This document shows, piece after piece, positions 40,441 to 49,787 of a DNA stretch of 64,000 bases. The notes under the pieces are model-generated. The model did not search any database, was not told the origin of the DNA, and saw only the letters and a program-made list of their open reading frames with translations. Origin of the DNA: Candidatus Latescibacterota bacterium (GTDB lineage: Bacteria; Latescibacterota; UBA2968; GCA-2709665); assembly GCA_965219455.1 (NCBI GenBank), contig OZ244744.1:3552001-3616000 (forward strand), written 5' to 3'. Within the stretch, counting starts at the first letter, position 1. Every line of letters begins with the position of its first letter. The position numbers and the translations under genes were made by a program.

Positions 40441-41688
40441 CTACCGCTCCCACAATTCGCTCAGCGGCACGGCGAGAATGCGTTTGTCGGCAAGCGGGAG
40501 ACGGTCGCGGCCGGCGTAGAGCAGCACGCCGGACTCGAAATCCTCGCCGCAACGATCTGCGAGCCGAACAAGCCCTTTCCCGTCTCCGGAGGTGATCCCA
40601 CGGGCGGCTTTGACTTCAATACCCCATGTCTTCTGGCCCCGGGTAATGACTACGTCGACTTCCACCCTATCCTTGTCGCGATAGTGCCAGAAACGCAGAT
40701 CCGGTTCCGTCCAGGTGGCCTGGGCAATGAGTTGCTGCACCACAAAGGACGCCAACAGACGTCCCATGCGGTCCCTCCTGCCGAGCCAGTCGTACGCGGT
40801 CAGGTTCGCGAGGGTTGCAGCCAGCCCGGTATCGAGGAGATGGACCTTGGGTGTTCTGATGAGCCGTTTGGCCGGGTTGCGGCGCCACGCGGGAAGGCGT
40901 CGCACCAGAAAGAGCCGCTCGAGCACGGCGACGTAGTGATCTACCGTCGACCGGTGCAGGCCCAGGGTATTGGCCAGATTGCTGGTGTTCAATAATCCGG
41001 CGCTACGAAGGGCCAACAGCTCCAACAAGCGAGCGAGTTCGTGCGCATCTCTCACCCGTGCCACGTCCTGCACGTCCCGATCGATGATGCTGCGTAGATA
41101 CTGCCTGTGCCATTGCCGGGAGCGGACGGGCGTGCGGGTCAGCGGCTCGGGGTACCCGCCGGCGACCAGTCTGTCCGGCAGCGACGGCCCTTCGGGCGTC
41201 GCATCGGGCCGGATGTCCGGCTCGATCGCGCCGTTCAGCAGGTCGCTGAGGAAGTGACCCGGCGCGCGCGCTTTTTCGGATTCCGTCAATGGGTGCAACT
41301 GCGCCATTTCCATCCGGCCGGCCAGGGATTCAGTTACGGTCGGTACCAGCAACAGATTGGCCGAGCCGGTCAGCACGAAACGACCGGGACGGCGGTCCTG
41401 ATCCACGGCGCGCTTGATGGCGGGGAGCAGTTCAGGCGCCCGTTGCACCTCGTCCAGAGTCACCGCCTCCGGCAGGCTGGCGACGAAACCGGCCGGATCG
41501 GCCAGGGCAGTCTGACGGTAGTTTTGCTCGTCCAGGCTGACGTATGCACGGTCTGGCGCGAGTTGCTGCACGAGCGTTGTCTTCCCGCACTGCCGCGGTC
41601 CGAGCAGACAGACCACCGGCGTGTCGGCCAGGGCCTCCCGGATTACGGGTTCCAGCGAGCGGGGAAACAGGGAACGGTTAGCGTCCAT
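40441..41688 (-). CDS. AAA_14 ATPase with DUF4143 (PD-(D/E)XK-like) C-terminus
   Basis: GPRQCGKTT, LDEVQ, LTGSA, ESLAGR, GGYP, DTGL, EVD...IEVK. Confidence 0.92.
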   Translation of the reverse strand: MDANRSLFPRSLEPVIREALADTPVVCLLGPRQCGKTTLVQQLAPDRAYVSLDEQNYRQTALADPAGFVASLPEAVTLDEVQRAPELLPAIKRAVDQDRRPGRFVLTGSANLLLVPTVTESLAGRMEMAQLHPLTESEKARAPGHFLSDLLNGAIEPDIRPDATPEGPSLPDRLVAGGYPEPLTRTPVRSRQWHRQYLRSIIDRDVQDVARVRDAHELARLLELLALRSAGLLNTSNLANTLGLHRSTVDHYVAVLERLFLVRRLPAWRRNPAKRLIRTPKVHLLDTGLAATLANLTAYDWLGRRDRMGRLLASFVVQQLIAQATWTEPDLRFWHYRDKDRVEVDVVITRGQKTWGIEVKAARGITSGDGKGLVRLADRCGEDFESGVLLYAGRDRLPLADKRILAVPLSELWER

Positions 41689-42202
41689 TTGTCGGGTTCG
41701 ATAGCGGCCAATTGACGGTTAACAGAGCGTCCATTTGTCGAATGAGAGCGACGTGACAATCTACAGGATTGGAACGCAAAGATCAAGAGACGATTCTGTC
41801 AGTCGGGTCGAACAATGCCGCGAACATGAACCTGGAACTCGTGAAGCAACGTGCGACCAGGGTGTCGGATGGATGGGACAAGTGTCCTGTCCCAAAAATA
41901 CCTCACCATTCTACCGCCGATTCATCCCGTCTCGCAGCGTTGCCTTCGCTCGCCGACCTGGCCAGGTCGCCAGCGCTCTGGCGCCTTGCGAGCCGGGCGA
42001 CTCGACGGCCGAATTCAGGCAACTTATTTTCGGGACCGAACACTGGGAAATTGGAATCCGTGGTTTCATCATTGGGGTTGTTGTGACGTGGAAAAGAGGA
42101 AGCACAATACAAGACCGTCTCCGGCTCCTCCGGCTGACCACGACGCGGCGTGCCGACATAACTCGTTTACCCCGGAGGTGAAAGGAATCAGCGTTTTACC
42201 TG

Positions 42203-43345
42203 TTACCGATTCCCATTCTCGCCCGCCAGGATCGTGACCGCTTCGACCAGCGTATCCAACTCCGAATTGCTGGTGTAGAACGCCACCGAAATCCGCACAC
42301 CGGATGGTTCGTTGATGTTGGTAGCCCGTTGGGCGATTTGCCAGCGGTTCCGGAGTGCGTCAGAAACTTCGTTCCCTTCCATGCCCTCGACAGCGAAAGC
42401 GACGATGCCGGTCCGGGTTTCGACGCGGCGTGATCCGATGACCCGCACGCCGGGAATGGCGTCGAAGCGTTCGCGCAGCGATTCCGCTTTTCGTCCCGCC
42501 TCCATGGCGATGGCCCGCGGCCCGCCGATGCCAGCCAGAAAATCGAGACCCGCGCCGAGACCCGGGTAGAGCGCACTCGCCGGCGTTCCCGTCTCGTACT
42601 GCCGGGCCGTACCATCGGGAGCGTGCGGTCGCCGCAGCGGCTTTAAAACTTGCTGCGCGCCTTTCCTGACATAGAGAAATCCAGTACCCATCGGCGAAAG
42701 CATCCACTTGTAGCAATTGGTGGCGTAGAAGTCGCAGCCTATTTTATGCAGGTCCACCGGAAACTGCCCGACGGCCTGGCAACCATCCCAGAGCGTGAGA
42801 ATGCCGCGGGACCGCGCCAGCTCGCAGATCTCGCGGGCGGGCAACCGGGTCCCCCAATCCGTCGTGACATGGCTGAAACAGATCAGCCGGGTACGAGGGG
42901 TGATCGTTTGCTCCAGTCGGCCCAGAAAAAGGTCTCTATCCTGGTCGATCTCGACCACCTTGACGATCGCCCCTTCCCGGTCCGCCAGACCCTGGGCGGC
43001 CTGAAGGGGTACCGGATGTTCCTCATTGGTAATGAGAACCTCGTCTCCCGGTTGCCACCGCAGCCCGCCGAGTACCATACCGTACCCTTCGCCGGTGCTC
43101 ATCGTCAACGCGATTTCCCCTGCATCGGCACCAAAGAAGCCGGCGATTTTGGCCGGCAATTCGGCTTCGGCCTCGGCCATTGCGATGTACCAGTCGTTCG
43201 TACTGATGCTGCCGCTGCGCAACTGCTGATAGCCCTCGGCGACGGCCTTGTTCACGCTGACCGGTGACTGACCGATTCCACCGGTGTTAAGGTAAACGCC
43301 GTGTTTCAGGCCCGGCATTTGGCCGCGAATCCCCGCGATATCCAT
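42203..43345 (-). CDS. Aminotransferase class V PLP enzyme (cysteine desulfurase/isopenicillin epimerase-like)
   Basis: YLNTGG, EEHP, SHVT, DGCQAVG, CYKW, ETGT, RISVAFY. Confidence 0.88.
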   Translation of the reverse strand: MDIAGIRGQMPGLKHGVYLNTGGIGQSPVSVNKAVAEGYQQLRSGSISTNDWYIAMAEAEAELPAKIAGFFGADAGEIALTMSTGEGYGMVLGGLRWQPGDEVLITNEEHPVPLQAAQGLADREGAIVKVVEIDQDRDLFLGRLEQTITPRTRLICFSHVTTDWGTRLPAREICELARSRGILTLWDGCQAVGQFPVDLHKIGCDFYATNCYKWMLSPMGTGFLYVRKGAQQVLKPLRRPHAPDGTARQYETGTPASALYPGLGAGLDFLAGIGGPRAIAMEAGRKAESLRERFDAIPGVRVIGSRRVETRTGIVAFAVEGMEGNEVSDALRNRWQIAQRATNINEPSGVRISVAFYTSNSELDTLVEAVTILAGENGNR

Positions 43346-43349
43346 GGGC

Positions 43350-43660
43350 TTCCCTCTCTTCCTGACAACCGCATCAACGTGCCCTGCTCGCCGTCAAAGT
43401 GGCCGATATCGCATCTCGCATGCAGATCCGCGTCCTCCAGCGCATCCAGACGTTCGGCCATCTGCGTCTGAACGAGATGCCGGGGCTTCATCGGGATGTC
43501 CGCCTCAGCGAACATTTCCATGGGATCGACGTGACCGTGGTCGGCGATGGTGCCTGGCGCGTCGAACCCCCACTCGGTCGTCACGGTGGGGTCTGCTCCG
43601 CGTTCGAACAGATACCGGGCGAACCGTTTCATGCCCAACCAGCCGGTTTCTCTGTTTGTT
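43350..43660 (-). pseudogene. Ankyrin-repeat gene remnant
   Basis: ARYLFERGADP...ADHGHVD...ADLHAR ankyrin-like fragments, no credible start. Confidence 0.45.
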
Positions 43661-43662
43661 GC

Positions 43663-43729
43663 TGTCGGCCAAAGCCTCCCGGATTACGGGTTCCAGCTAG
43701 CGGGGAAACAAGGAACGGTTAGCGTCCAT
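43663..43729 (-). pseudogene. 5' fragment of the AAA-DUF4143 gene with a nonsense codon
   Basis: Near-identical to the first ~22 codons of the 41688 gene; TCG>TAG at codon 11. Confidence 0.8.
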
Positions 43730-43879
43730 TTGTCGGATACATTAGCGGCCAATTGACGGTTAAAAAAGCGTCCATTTGTCGAATGAGAGCGACGTGACAA
43801 TCTAAAGGATCGGAACGCAAAGGTCAAGAGAAGAGTCTGTCAGCCGCGTCGAACAATGCTGCGAGCAGACGCTTGTTAT

Positions 43880-44940
43880 TGTGCCACTGGAATCAAAAGA
43901 GACCCCGAAAGGATCGCGTTTCGGAGCCTCGTTTTGAGTATCAATGCCTTGAATTGAACGAGAGGTGGTTGGATTCGGGCCTGGCGTCATCAACGATTAC
44001 ACTTATCGTTTTTCGCCTTGAGGCGACCTCCCATACCAGCACGAACTCCAGGCCGGGTATCGCGGAGGTCTTCAAGGATCTCATCGGCAGGGTGGGTTAT
44101 TCGGCTGCCGTTGACGTGCTGCCGCTCAGGTATCGAAACGTGCAAATCGCACGGGGATGATCCGATGCTGCAGTAGATCCTTCGTCGGCCTGGCGGCCTC
44201 CTCTGGATGACAGTTTCGCCGAAGGTGTGGGCTCAGCGGTTCGCCAATGGTTATCGCAACGCATGTCATTCTGAGCGGAGTCGAAGAATCTGCCGTCTTC
44301 TCGATTCGACGTGTAGCACATGCCCTTTGAAGACGAACCTGTGCGCGGACGCTTGGCCAGCCTTTCGGCCTCCTCTGCATAACATTCGGGCTACAGTGTG
44401 AAGGATACATTTCGCCAATGGCTGTGGACGATTTTTCCATCCGTATATTTCGCGCACTTTCGCGACTTTCGTAGTGAATCAAATCCGCTTTTGGTTAGGT
44501 GTGAGGTGATTGGTTTCATGATCGCCCTTCTTCCGATTCTGCCAGTCGACTCTTGCCGGTTTCGGTGAGTCTGTATTTCTGCAACCGACTGTTGGGTTTT
44601 TCTGGAATTGTGTATTCGATCAGCTTGTCATCCATCAAGAGGCGAATCGCCTCGTTGAGCCGGCCCGATACGGATTTGTGGCCCAAACCGTTCGAAATCT
44701 CGGATCTGGACCTGGGAGTGTGTCGGAGTATCGATAGTATTCGTTGTTCTATGCCCTTTGCCCTCGATTTCTGCCTTGACTCTTGCCTTGACTCTTGCCT
44801 TGACTCTTGCCTTGACTCTTGCCTGACTCTTGCTTTAGCCCGGTGCGGGTTCCCACCTGTGACGTTGGCCTTTGGAACGTTGTCGTTACCCACGACGCTG
44901 AGACCTTGATCAACGGTTCTGGTACTCCGTGTTCGCGGCA
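43880..44940. repeat. About 1-kb composite repeat (X hairpin module + REP-bearing module B + HTH cassette); further copies at about 57305-58340 and 59115-60135
   Basis: Long near-identical stretches, e.g. gaagacgaacctgtgcgcggacgcttggccagcctttcggcctcctctgcataacattcggg in all three. Confidence 0.9.
44516..44940 (-). pseudogene. Orphan C-terminal Fic-like wHTH cassette of an AlbA/RecG-C-type gene, copy A1
   Basis: SRSEIS..LG...LIEYTIPEKPNSRLQKYRLT; no N-terminus; frameshift in the QESR repeat. Confidence 0.8.
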
Positions 44941-45031
44941 CGAACTGTACCAATTTCCAATGACGCGCGTTTCCTCAATGGCTTCGACTGGATCCCGCGT
45001 GCCTACCCCATCGGCGAGGTGTGCGATTGTC

Positions 45032-46000
45032 TCACGTCGCCAGTGTGAGTTGCCGAAGATCGTCGGACACCTCCATCTTTAAAACGTCAACGGTCGGATT
45101 TCCAGGTGTGGAAATCGCGAAGCGATATTCACTCTGATATGCGAACTCCGTTCGCTTCGTGAACCAGGCTCTCGGGGCACCGTGGATGTCCACCCAATCG
45201 TCTTGTGTCTCAATTACTCCAGATTCGTCCTCGTAGTGAACGGGGCCGTGATAGACCCGCACAAACGTGTCGATGTTCTGAACTCCTTCTTGTTTCCACA
45301 AGTTGTTACTGTAATTGGATCTGGCGTAAGTCAGAATGTCAAGAGCGTCCAGCTTGAGGTGTTTGCCCTTGTCGATCTGCAAAGCAAAGTCAACACCCAA
45401 CCACATTGCGAAACCATCTACATCCTTAATCTCGGTAGCCGCGTCGTAGTCATATTCGTCTGAAAACGTGGATCTGAGTTGTCTATACTCGCGATCGGAT
45501 TGGAGATGTGAAGTACAATATACCCACGGTTCGCTGTCTGACGAAAACACAGCGCTCCCCTCAATGCTGCCGTGTCCGATACGATTGCTTATCAGGGGTC
45601 CGATGTTTCTTGTGAGTGTGCTGTCATACGGATCTGCGATTCCTTTCGGTAGCCTCTCTTGATCACGATAGTAGGAGGGCGTGGCCAGCCAGATTTCCTT
45701 GGAACGACACGGTGCGTGACACCGATTCGATAATTTCACCACCTTCTCGACGTTTCGCTGGAATCCTGTGCGATAGTCCACACGGTAGACGTAGATAATG
45801 TGATATTGCTTTCGTTCGACATCCAAAACAGCGAAGGCGTCGGCGATCTTTGGAGCCGGAAATGCAGAACATCGATTGCCCGTTGCTCGGCGCGTGATTT
45901 CCCTGTTCGCGTCGTCAATTCGCTCCAAGACGTCCGCAGGTTCCCGAATGATCAAAACCCCATTTGACCGACGCCAATATTCCTGACCGTTTGAATCCAT
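45032..46000 (-). CDS. Hypothetical protein, ART-fold/DUF2971-like, paralog 1
   Basis: 322-aa ORF conserved with 60226-61194; VYCTS, HGPV.Y, FTK...FAYQSEYRF. Confidence 0.7.
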   Translation of the reverse strand: MDSNGQEYWRRSNGVLIIREPADVLERIDDANREITRRATGNRCSAFPAPKIADAFAVLDVERKQYHIIYVYRVDYRTGFQRNVEKVVKLSNRCHAPCRSKEIWLATPSYYRDQERLPKGIADPYDSTLTRNIGPLISNRIGHGSIEGSAVFSSDSEPWVYCTSHLQSDREYRQLRSTFSDEYDYDAATEIKDVDGFAMWLGVDFALQIDKGKHLKLDALDILTYARSNYSNNLWKQEGVQNIDTFVRVYHGPVHYEDESGVIETQDDWVDIHGAPRAWFTKRTEFAYQSEYRFAISTPGNPTVDVLKMEVSDDLRQLTLAT

Positions 46001-46125
46001 ATCCTATAGCAGTTTCGCGTTGTTCGGCCCTTCCTGTCCTGTGAGGTGCTCGGCAGGGAGGCGTAATCAAAGAGGTAGAAGCAAGCCCGCGAGCCCGATT
46101 GACATTCGAAATACTCTCCGCAAGG

Positions 46126-46340
46126 CGGAGTCGCCTGCCTGCGTCCGCAGAACAGGCAGCCAGAAGTGGATTCTCCGCGCTGATCCGTCGAACACCGTCA
46201 TCGCCGGGATTGACGCACGGTTTTTGTTGTACGGGCGGTTCGCGAACCGCCCTTGCTCGATCCGGTCTCTGAGGTTGCGGTCCCTGAGCTTGTCGAAGGG
46301 TGTCGAAATGTCGAATGGCAGGCGCTGGCTGATGCGGAGG
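46126..46340. repeat. Composite REP-like module C (also about 54205-54455, 56640-56825, partial 57140-57290)
   Basis: Shared gccagaagtggattctccgcgctgatccgtcgaacacc, gggcggttcgcgaaccgccc and ccctgagcttgtcgaaggg palindromes. Confidence 0.8.
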
Positions 46341-46470
46341 GGGGATTCAAACGCCTTACCGAATGCAACCTGTGTCTCGTTCCACGCGATTTCGTAAGAC
46401 ATCGCCCAAGAGGTTTATTTGCTCGTGGCAAAATACCTCGAAATTCGAACAAATTCAATCGGTGAAATAG

Positions 46471-46500
46471 AAACACCCTCCTGGAAAGGAGGGTGTTTTT
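46471..46500. terminator. Intrinsic terminator; target of the group IIC intron
   Basis: 12-bp stem aaacaccctcct/aggagggtgttt, loop ggaa, T-run ending 1 nt before the intron. Confidence 0.88.
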
Positions 46501-46501
46501 G

Positions 46502-48377
46502 GTGTGCCGAGCATGATCGACAGCTTGGAGGTGGAAGTCCTCTACCCAGCCTGATGGCGGCGAAGGGTTAGCGAAGCGCAAGGGCGTCGTTGCGAGGCGT
46601 CGTCTGAAGGAAGCGCGTAGCAAAGGCGCGACCCGATGGACAAGAACCGGATAAGAGGCCTACCCGGCGGGACGAGCGAGCCAATGATCGCGAAGTCCAC
46701 AGCCATCAAGTGCCGGGGTGGTAAATCCGGCGGGTGTGCGCTGAAGGCGGTCGATCTTACCTCGGGAGGTCTGCGTCGTGTCCGGAAAGCCCGGACTGAG
46801 CGGTTCGTAAGGGCCGTGATCGCGGCGCAGAAGTCAGCAGAGGGCATAGTAGCCGGGGGACCGGCGAAGGCCCGAACGATGGACAGGACAAGTAGGACGG
46901 CACGCTCATGCGTACTATGCGGCAGAAAATCCAGTTGGAACTGGCCTTGGCGCCGGTGGCGAAGGGTGAAGCCCGGGCCGCCGTTGCTGAAGGGACCGAA
47001 GTGTGCGTGGCGCGTGCCGCCCCCGAACGCCCTGCGGCCGGGCTGGCCGTGTCGATGGAGGCGGTGGTCGAGCCCGGAAATTTGTGGAAGGCACTGAAGC
47101 GTGTACGGCGCAACAAGGGAGCGCCTGGCGTGGACGGGATGCGTGTCGAGGCGCTGGTGGGCCACCTGAAGGACCACTGGAGAGAGATCAGGTCACGCCT
47201 CCTTGACGGCAGCTACATCCCGCAGCCGGTGCGGCGCGTGGAGATACCGAAGGCGTCTGGCGGCGTTCGATTGCTGGGCGTGCCGACGGTGTTGGACCGC
47301 TTCATCCAGCAGGCGGCGATGCAGGTGTTACAGGAGGCGTGGGACGAGCGTTTTTCGGAGGCGAGCTACGGGTTCAGGCCTGGCCGCTCGGCGCATCAGG
47401 CGGTGCAGCGCGCGCAGGAGCATATCAGCGCGGGGTTCGCAATCGTGGTGGATCTTGACCTGGAAAAATTCTTTGACCGGGTCAACCACGACATCCTGAT
47501 GGGTCTGTTGGCCAAGCGCGTGGCCGACAAGCCTCTGCTCAAGCTGGTCCGTGGTTTTCTGACCGCGGGCGTGCTGGACGGCGGCCTGGTGAGCCCGGCG
47601 ACGGAAGGGACGCCGCAGGGCGGCCCGCTGTCGCCATTGCTGTCGAACCTGATGCTGGATGTCCTGGACAAGGAACTGGAGACGCGTGGCCACCGCTTCG
47701 TCCGCTATGCCGACGATTGTAACATCTATGTGCGGTCCCGGCGTGCGGGCGCGCGGGTAGAGGCCAGCGTGACCCACTTCCTGGCCCGGCACCTGAAGCT
47801 GACGGTCAACGTGGCCAAGAGCGCGGTCGACCGCCCGGTGGCGCGATCCTTTCTGGGCTTCAGCTTTACCGGGGGACAAACACCCCGGCGGCGCATCGCT
47901 GGACAGGCGGTGGCCCGGTTCAAGGCTCGGGTCCGGGAGCTGACGCGGGGCACGAACAGCGTCGGTCTTTCCCGCCTGACCACGGCGTTGTCCCGCTACC
48001 TTGTCGGGTGGCGGGGCTACTTCGGCTTCTGCGAGACCCCTTCGGTCTTGCGCCGCCTCGACCAATGGATCAGACGTCGGCTTCGCGCCTTCGTCTGGCG
48101 GCAGTGGAAACGCGGGCGCACTCGCTTTGCAGCGTTGCGCCGCCACGGCGTCGGTAAGGACCTGGCGGCGCAGACCGCCGGCAGCCCCCACGGACCCTGG
48201 CGGCTCAGCAACAGCCCCGCGCTGTCCATCGCCCTGACCAACGCCTTCTTCAACAAGCTCGGGCTCCCTTCCTTGCTGCCCGACTTGACCGCTTAAATCC
48301 GTCGAACCGCCGTGTACGGACCCGTACGCACGGTGGTGTGGGAGGGGCGGAGCCGTGAGGCTCCCCCCTATCCCGAT
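46502..48377 (+). mobile_element. Group IIC intron
   Basis: 5' GTGTG; domain V gaaccgccgtgtacggacccgtacgcacggtggtgtg with CGC triad; domain VI ending cctatcccgAT; directly after a terminator. Confidence 0.93.
46908..48296 (+). CDS. ltrA: Group II intron reverse transcriptase/maturase, no endonuclease domain
   Basis: NKGAPGVDG, IPK..GG.R.LGVPT..DR, GFRPGRS, DLEKFFD, GTPQGGPLSP, RYADD, GWRGYF. Confidence 0.96.
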   Translation: MRTMRQKIQLELALAPVAKGEARAAVAEGTEVCVARAAPERPAAGLAVSMEAVVEPGNLWKALKRVRRNKGAPGVDGMRVEALVGHLKDHWREIRSRLLDGSYIPQPVRRVEIPKASGGVRLLGVPTVLDRFIQQAAMQVLQEAWDERFSEASYGFRPGRSAHQAVQRAQEHISAGFAIVVDLDLEKFFDRVNHDILMGLLAKRVADKPLLKLVRGFLTAGVLDGGLVSPATEGTPQGGPLSPLLSNLMLDVLDKELETRGHRFVRYADDCNIYVRSRRAGARVEASVTHFLARHLKLTVNVAKSAVDRPVARSFLGFSFTGGQTPRRRIAGQAVARFKARVRELTRGTNSVGLSRLTTALSRYLVGWRGYFGFCETPSVLRRLDQWIRRRLRAFVWRQWKRGRTRFAALRRHGVGKDLAAQTAGSPHGPWRLSNSPALSIALTNAFFNKLGLPSLLPDLTA

Positions 48378-48392
48378 TGAGTACTTGGACCT

Positions 48393-48764
48393 TTACGCTT
48401 GATTGTAGAGTTCAATAAGATATCTCGGTGTTTTTGGCGAATTAATGAGACCCAATTGAATACGTTCAAGAACTTCAGGTTGTACGGCGTCCTGTGTTTT
48501 CCCCCTTCGAAATGCCAAAGCTACTTTACAGTATTCACGACTTTCGGCGAGTCTGTAGTTAATATATGATTTATGATTGATAAAAGGATGGTCGCCAACA
48601 CATAGAATTGTTGTCTCATCGCAATGAGAGTTCCAAGAATTGACGTTGACAACTATGACATTTTTCTTGTCGCCCAAAGGTTCAGAAATTACAATAAATA
48701 AATGGGGTTTGTTACTGTAAAATGTGTCATGTAAAATTGCCGCACTGCCTGGTTTCAGGCACAT
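48393..48764 (-). CDS. Putative PemK/MazF-fold toxin
   Basis: HLFIVIS, D.TTIL..GDHPFINHKSYINY; 5 nt downstream of a Panacea gene; low GC. Confidence 0.6.
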   Translation of the reverse strand: MCLKPGSAAILHDTFYSNKPHLFIVISEPLGDKKNVIVVNVNSWNSHCDETTILCVGDHPFINHKSYINYRLAESREYCKVALAFRRGKTQDAVQPEVLERIQLGLINSPKTPRYLIELYNQA

Positions 48765-48769
48765 ATTGC

Positions 48770-49321
48770 CTAGCCGAATATCCTCTCATGGCAAACTTGG
48801 GTATGTAGTTCTTCAACTGCTGATTTGATTTGTTCTTCATCATCCATTACGGCATTTAGGATACTATTGATTGAAATGGGTAAAGAACTACCGTTTGGAT
48901 CTTCATACTCTGTGAATTTATGTGTGATTTCGCAGAGATGATCAAAATCCAATTTTCCGTAAATCTCATAGAGCTCTTGGGCAAGTTCCTCTTCCGCCCT
49001 CGACATTAGACCGAAATCTGGCTTTTCCTTTTTAAGAAAAATGGTGTTATTCTTGCGCTCGTGGAAATATTCAGTCCAGAGTGGATCTTCTATTTCGCCT
49101 TTCAATATATCATAAGTCTTACTCACAACAGGACCAAAAGGCATCGAAACATATGAATCAAACGTCACTGCGTGACACCATCTTTTATAGGCTTCTCTGT
49201 CCATTATGTAAAGCAACTTAATCAATGTATACATATCCAATTTGCCGCCCGCCAGTTGAACCAGATAAGCAGCCACCACACAAGTCTTGTCGGAATTAAA
49301 TTTCGGTGGAAATATTGTCAT
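48770..49321 (-). CDS. Panacea (DUF4065/SocA/GepA) domain antitoxin
   Basis: LIKLLYIMDR, SMPFGPV, L.EITH...EY. Confidence 0.85.
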   Translation of the reverse strand: MTIFPPKFNSDKTCVVAAYLVQLAGGKLDMYTLIKLLYIMDREAYKRWCHAVTFDSYVSMPFGPVVSKTYDILKGEIEDPLWTEYFHERKNNTIFLKKEKPDFGLMSRAEEELAQELYEIYGKLDFDHLCEITHKFTEYEDPNGSSLPISINSILNAVMDDEEQIKSAVEELHTQVCHERIFG

Positions 49322-49787
49322 TGATAAAATACCCCAATTGTTGGCCGATATTTCCGAGTGTATCGGAGATTCATTTCACATCAGGAATATATTCAATAAT
49401 GAAAAACCGGGCAATAGCAAATCTTCCTTTGGCGGTCGAAATAGCAAGTCCCCGGCCAATTTTCCCGGGGCTTTCGGATGACTTCTTGGAGTTCAATTTT
49501 GTGCCAGTTTCAGAAAAAAAACGAATGGGAATGCCTTTGACATTTACTGTTCGGCCAGTATCCCATCAATACGAAAACCCCCTCTCCCACCCGTCAAGAA
49601 CAACATGCCCAGTGCAGATTTAGAGTTACCCCGATTTGGTGGACACTCATCTTCTTGTTATTTTGATGAGAAGACAAGAGGTTCATCACGCCACAAAGCC
49701 GACAAATGCAGACAGTTTCGCCTTATTTCCTAGAAAGCGTCGGGTAGGTTTTTACGGTAACCAGGACTCGTTGTTTGATTGCGTCGG

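Noticed and set aside
44097-44482. Recurrent small ORFs in module B (also 57513-57941, 59339-59724)
   Set aside because: They recur only because the DNA is duplicated, run through REP palindromes, and change frame between copies
46908-48296. RT as part of a DGR, retron or CRISPR-associated system
   Set aside because: It lies inside a complete group IIC ribozyme (GUGYG, DV, DVI) with YADD and a maturase domain; differences between nearby duplicated genes are not adenine-specific
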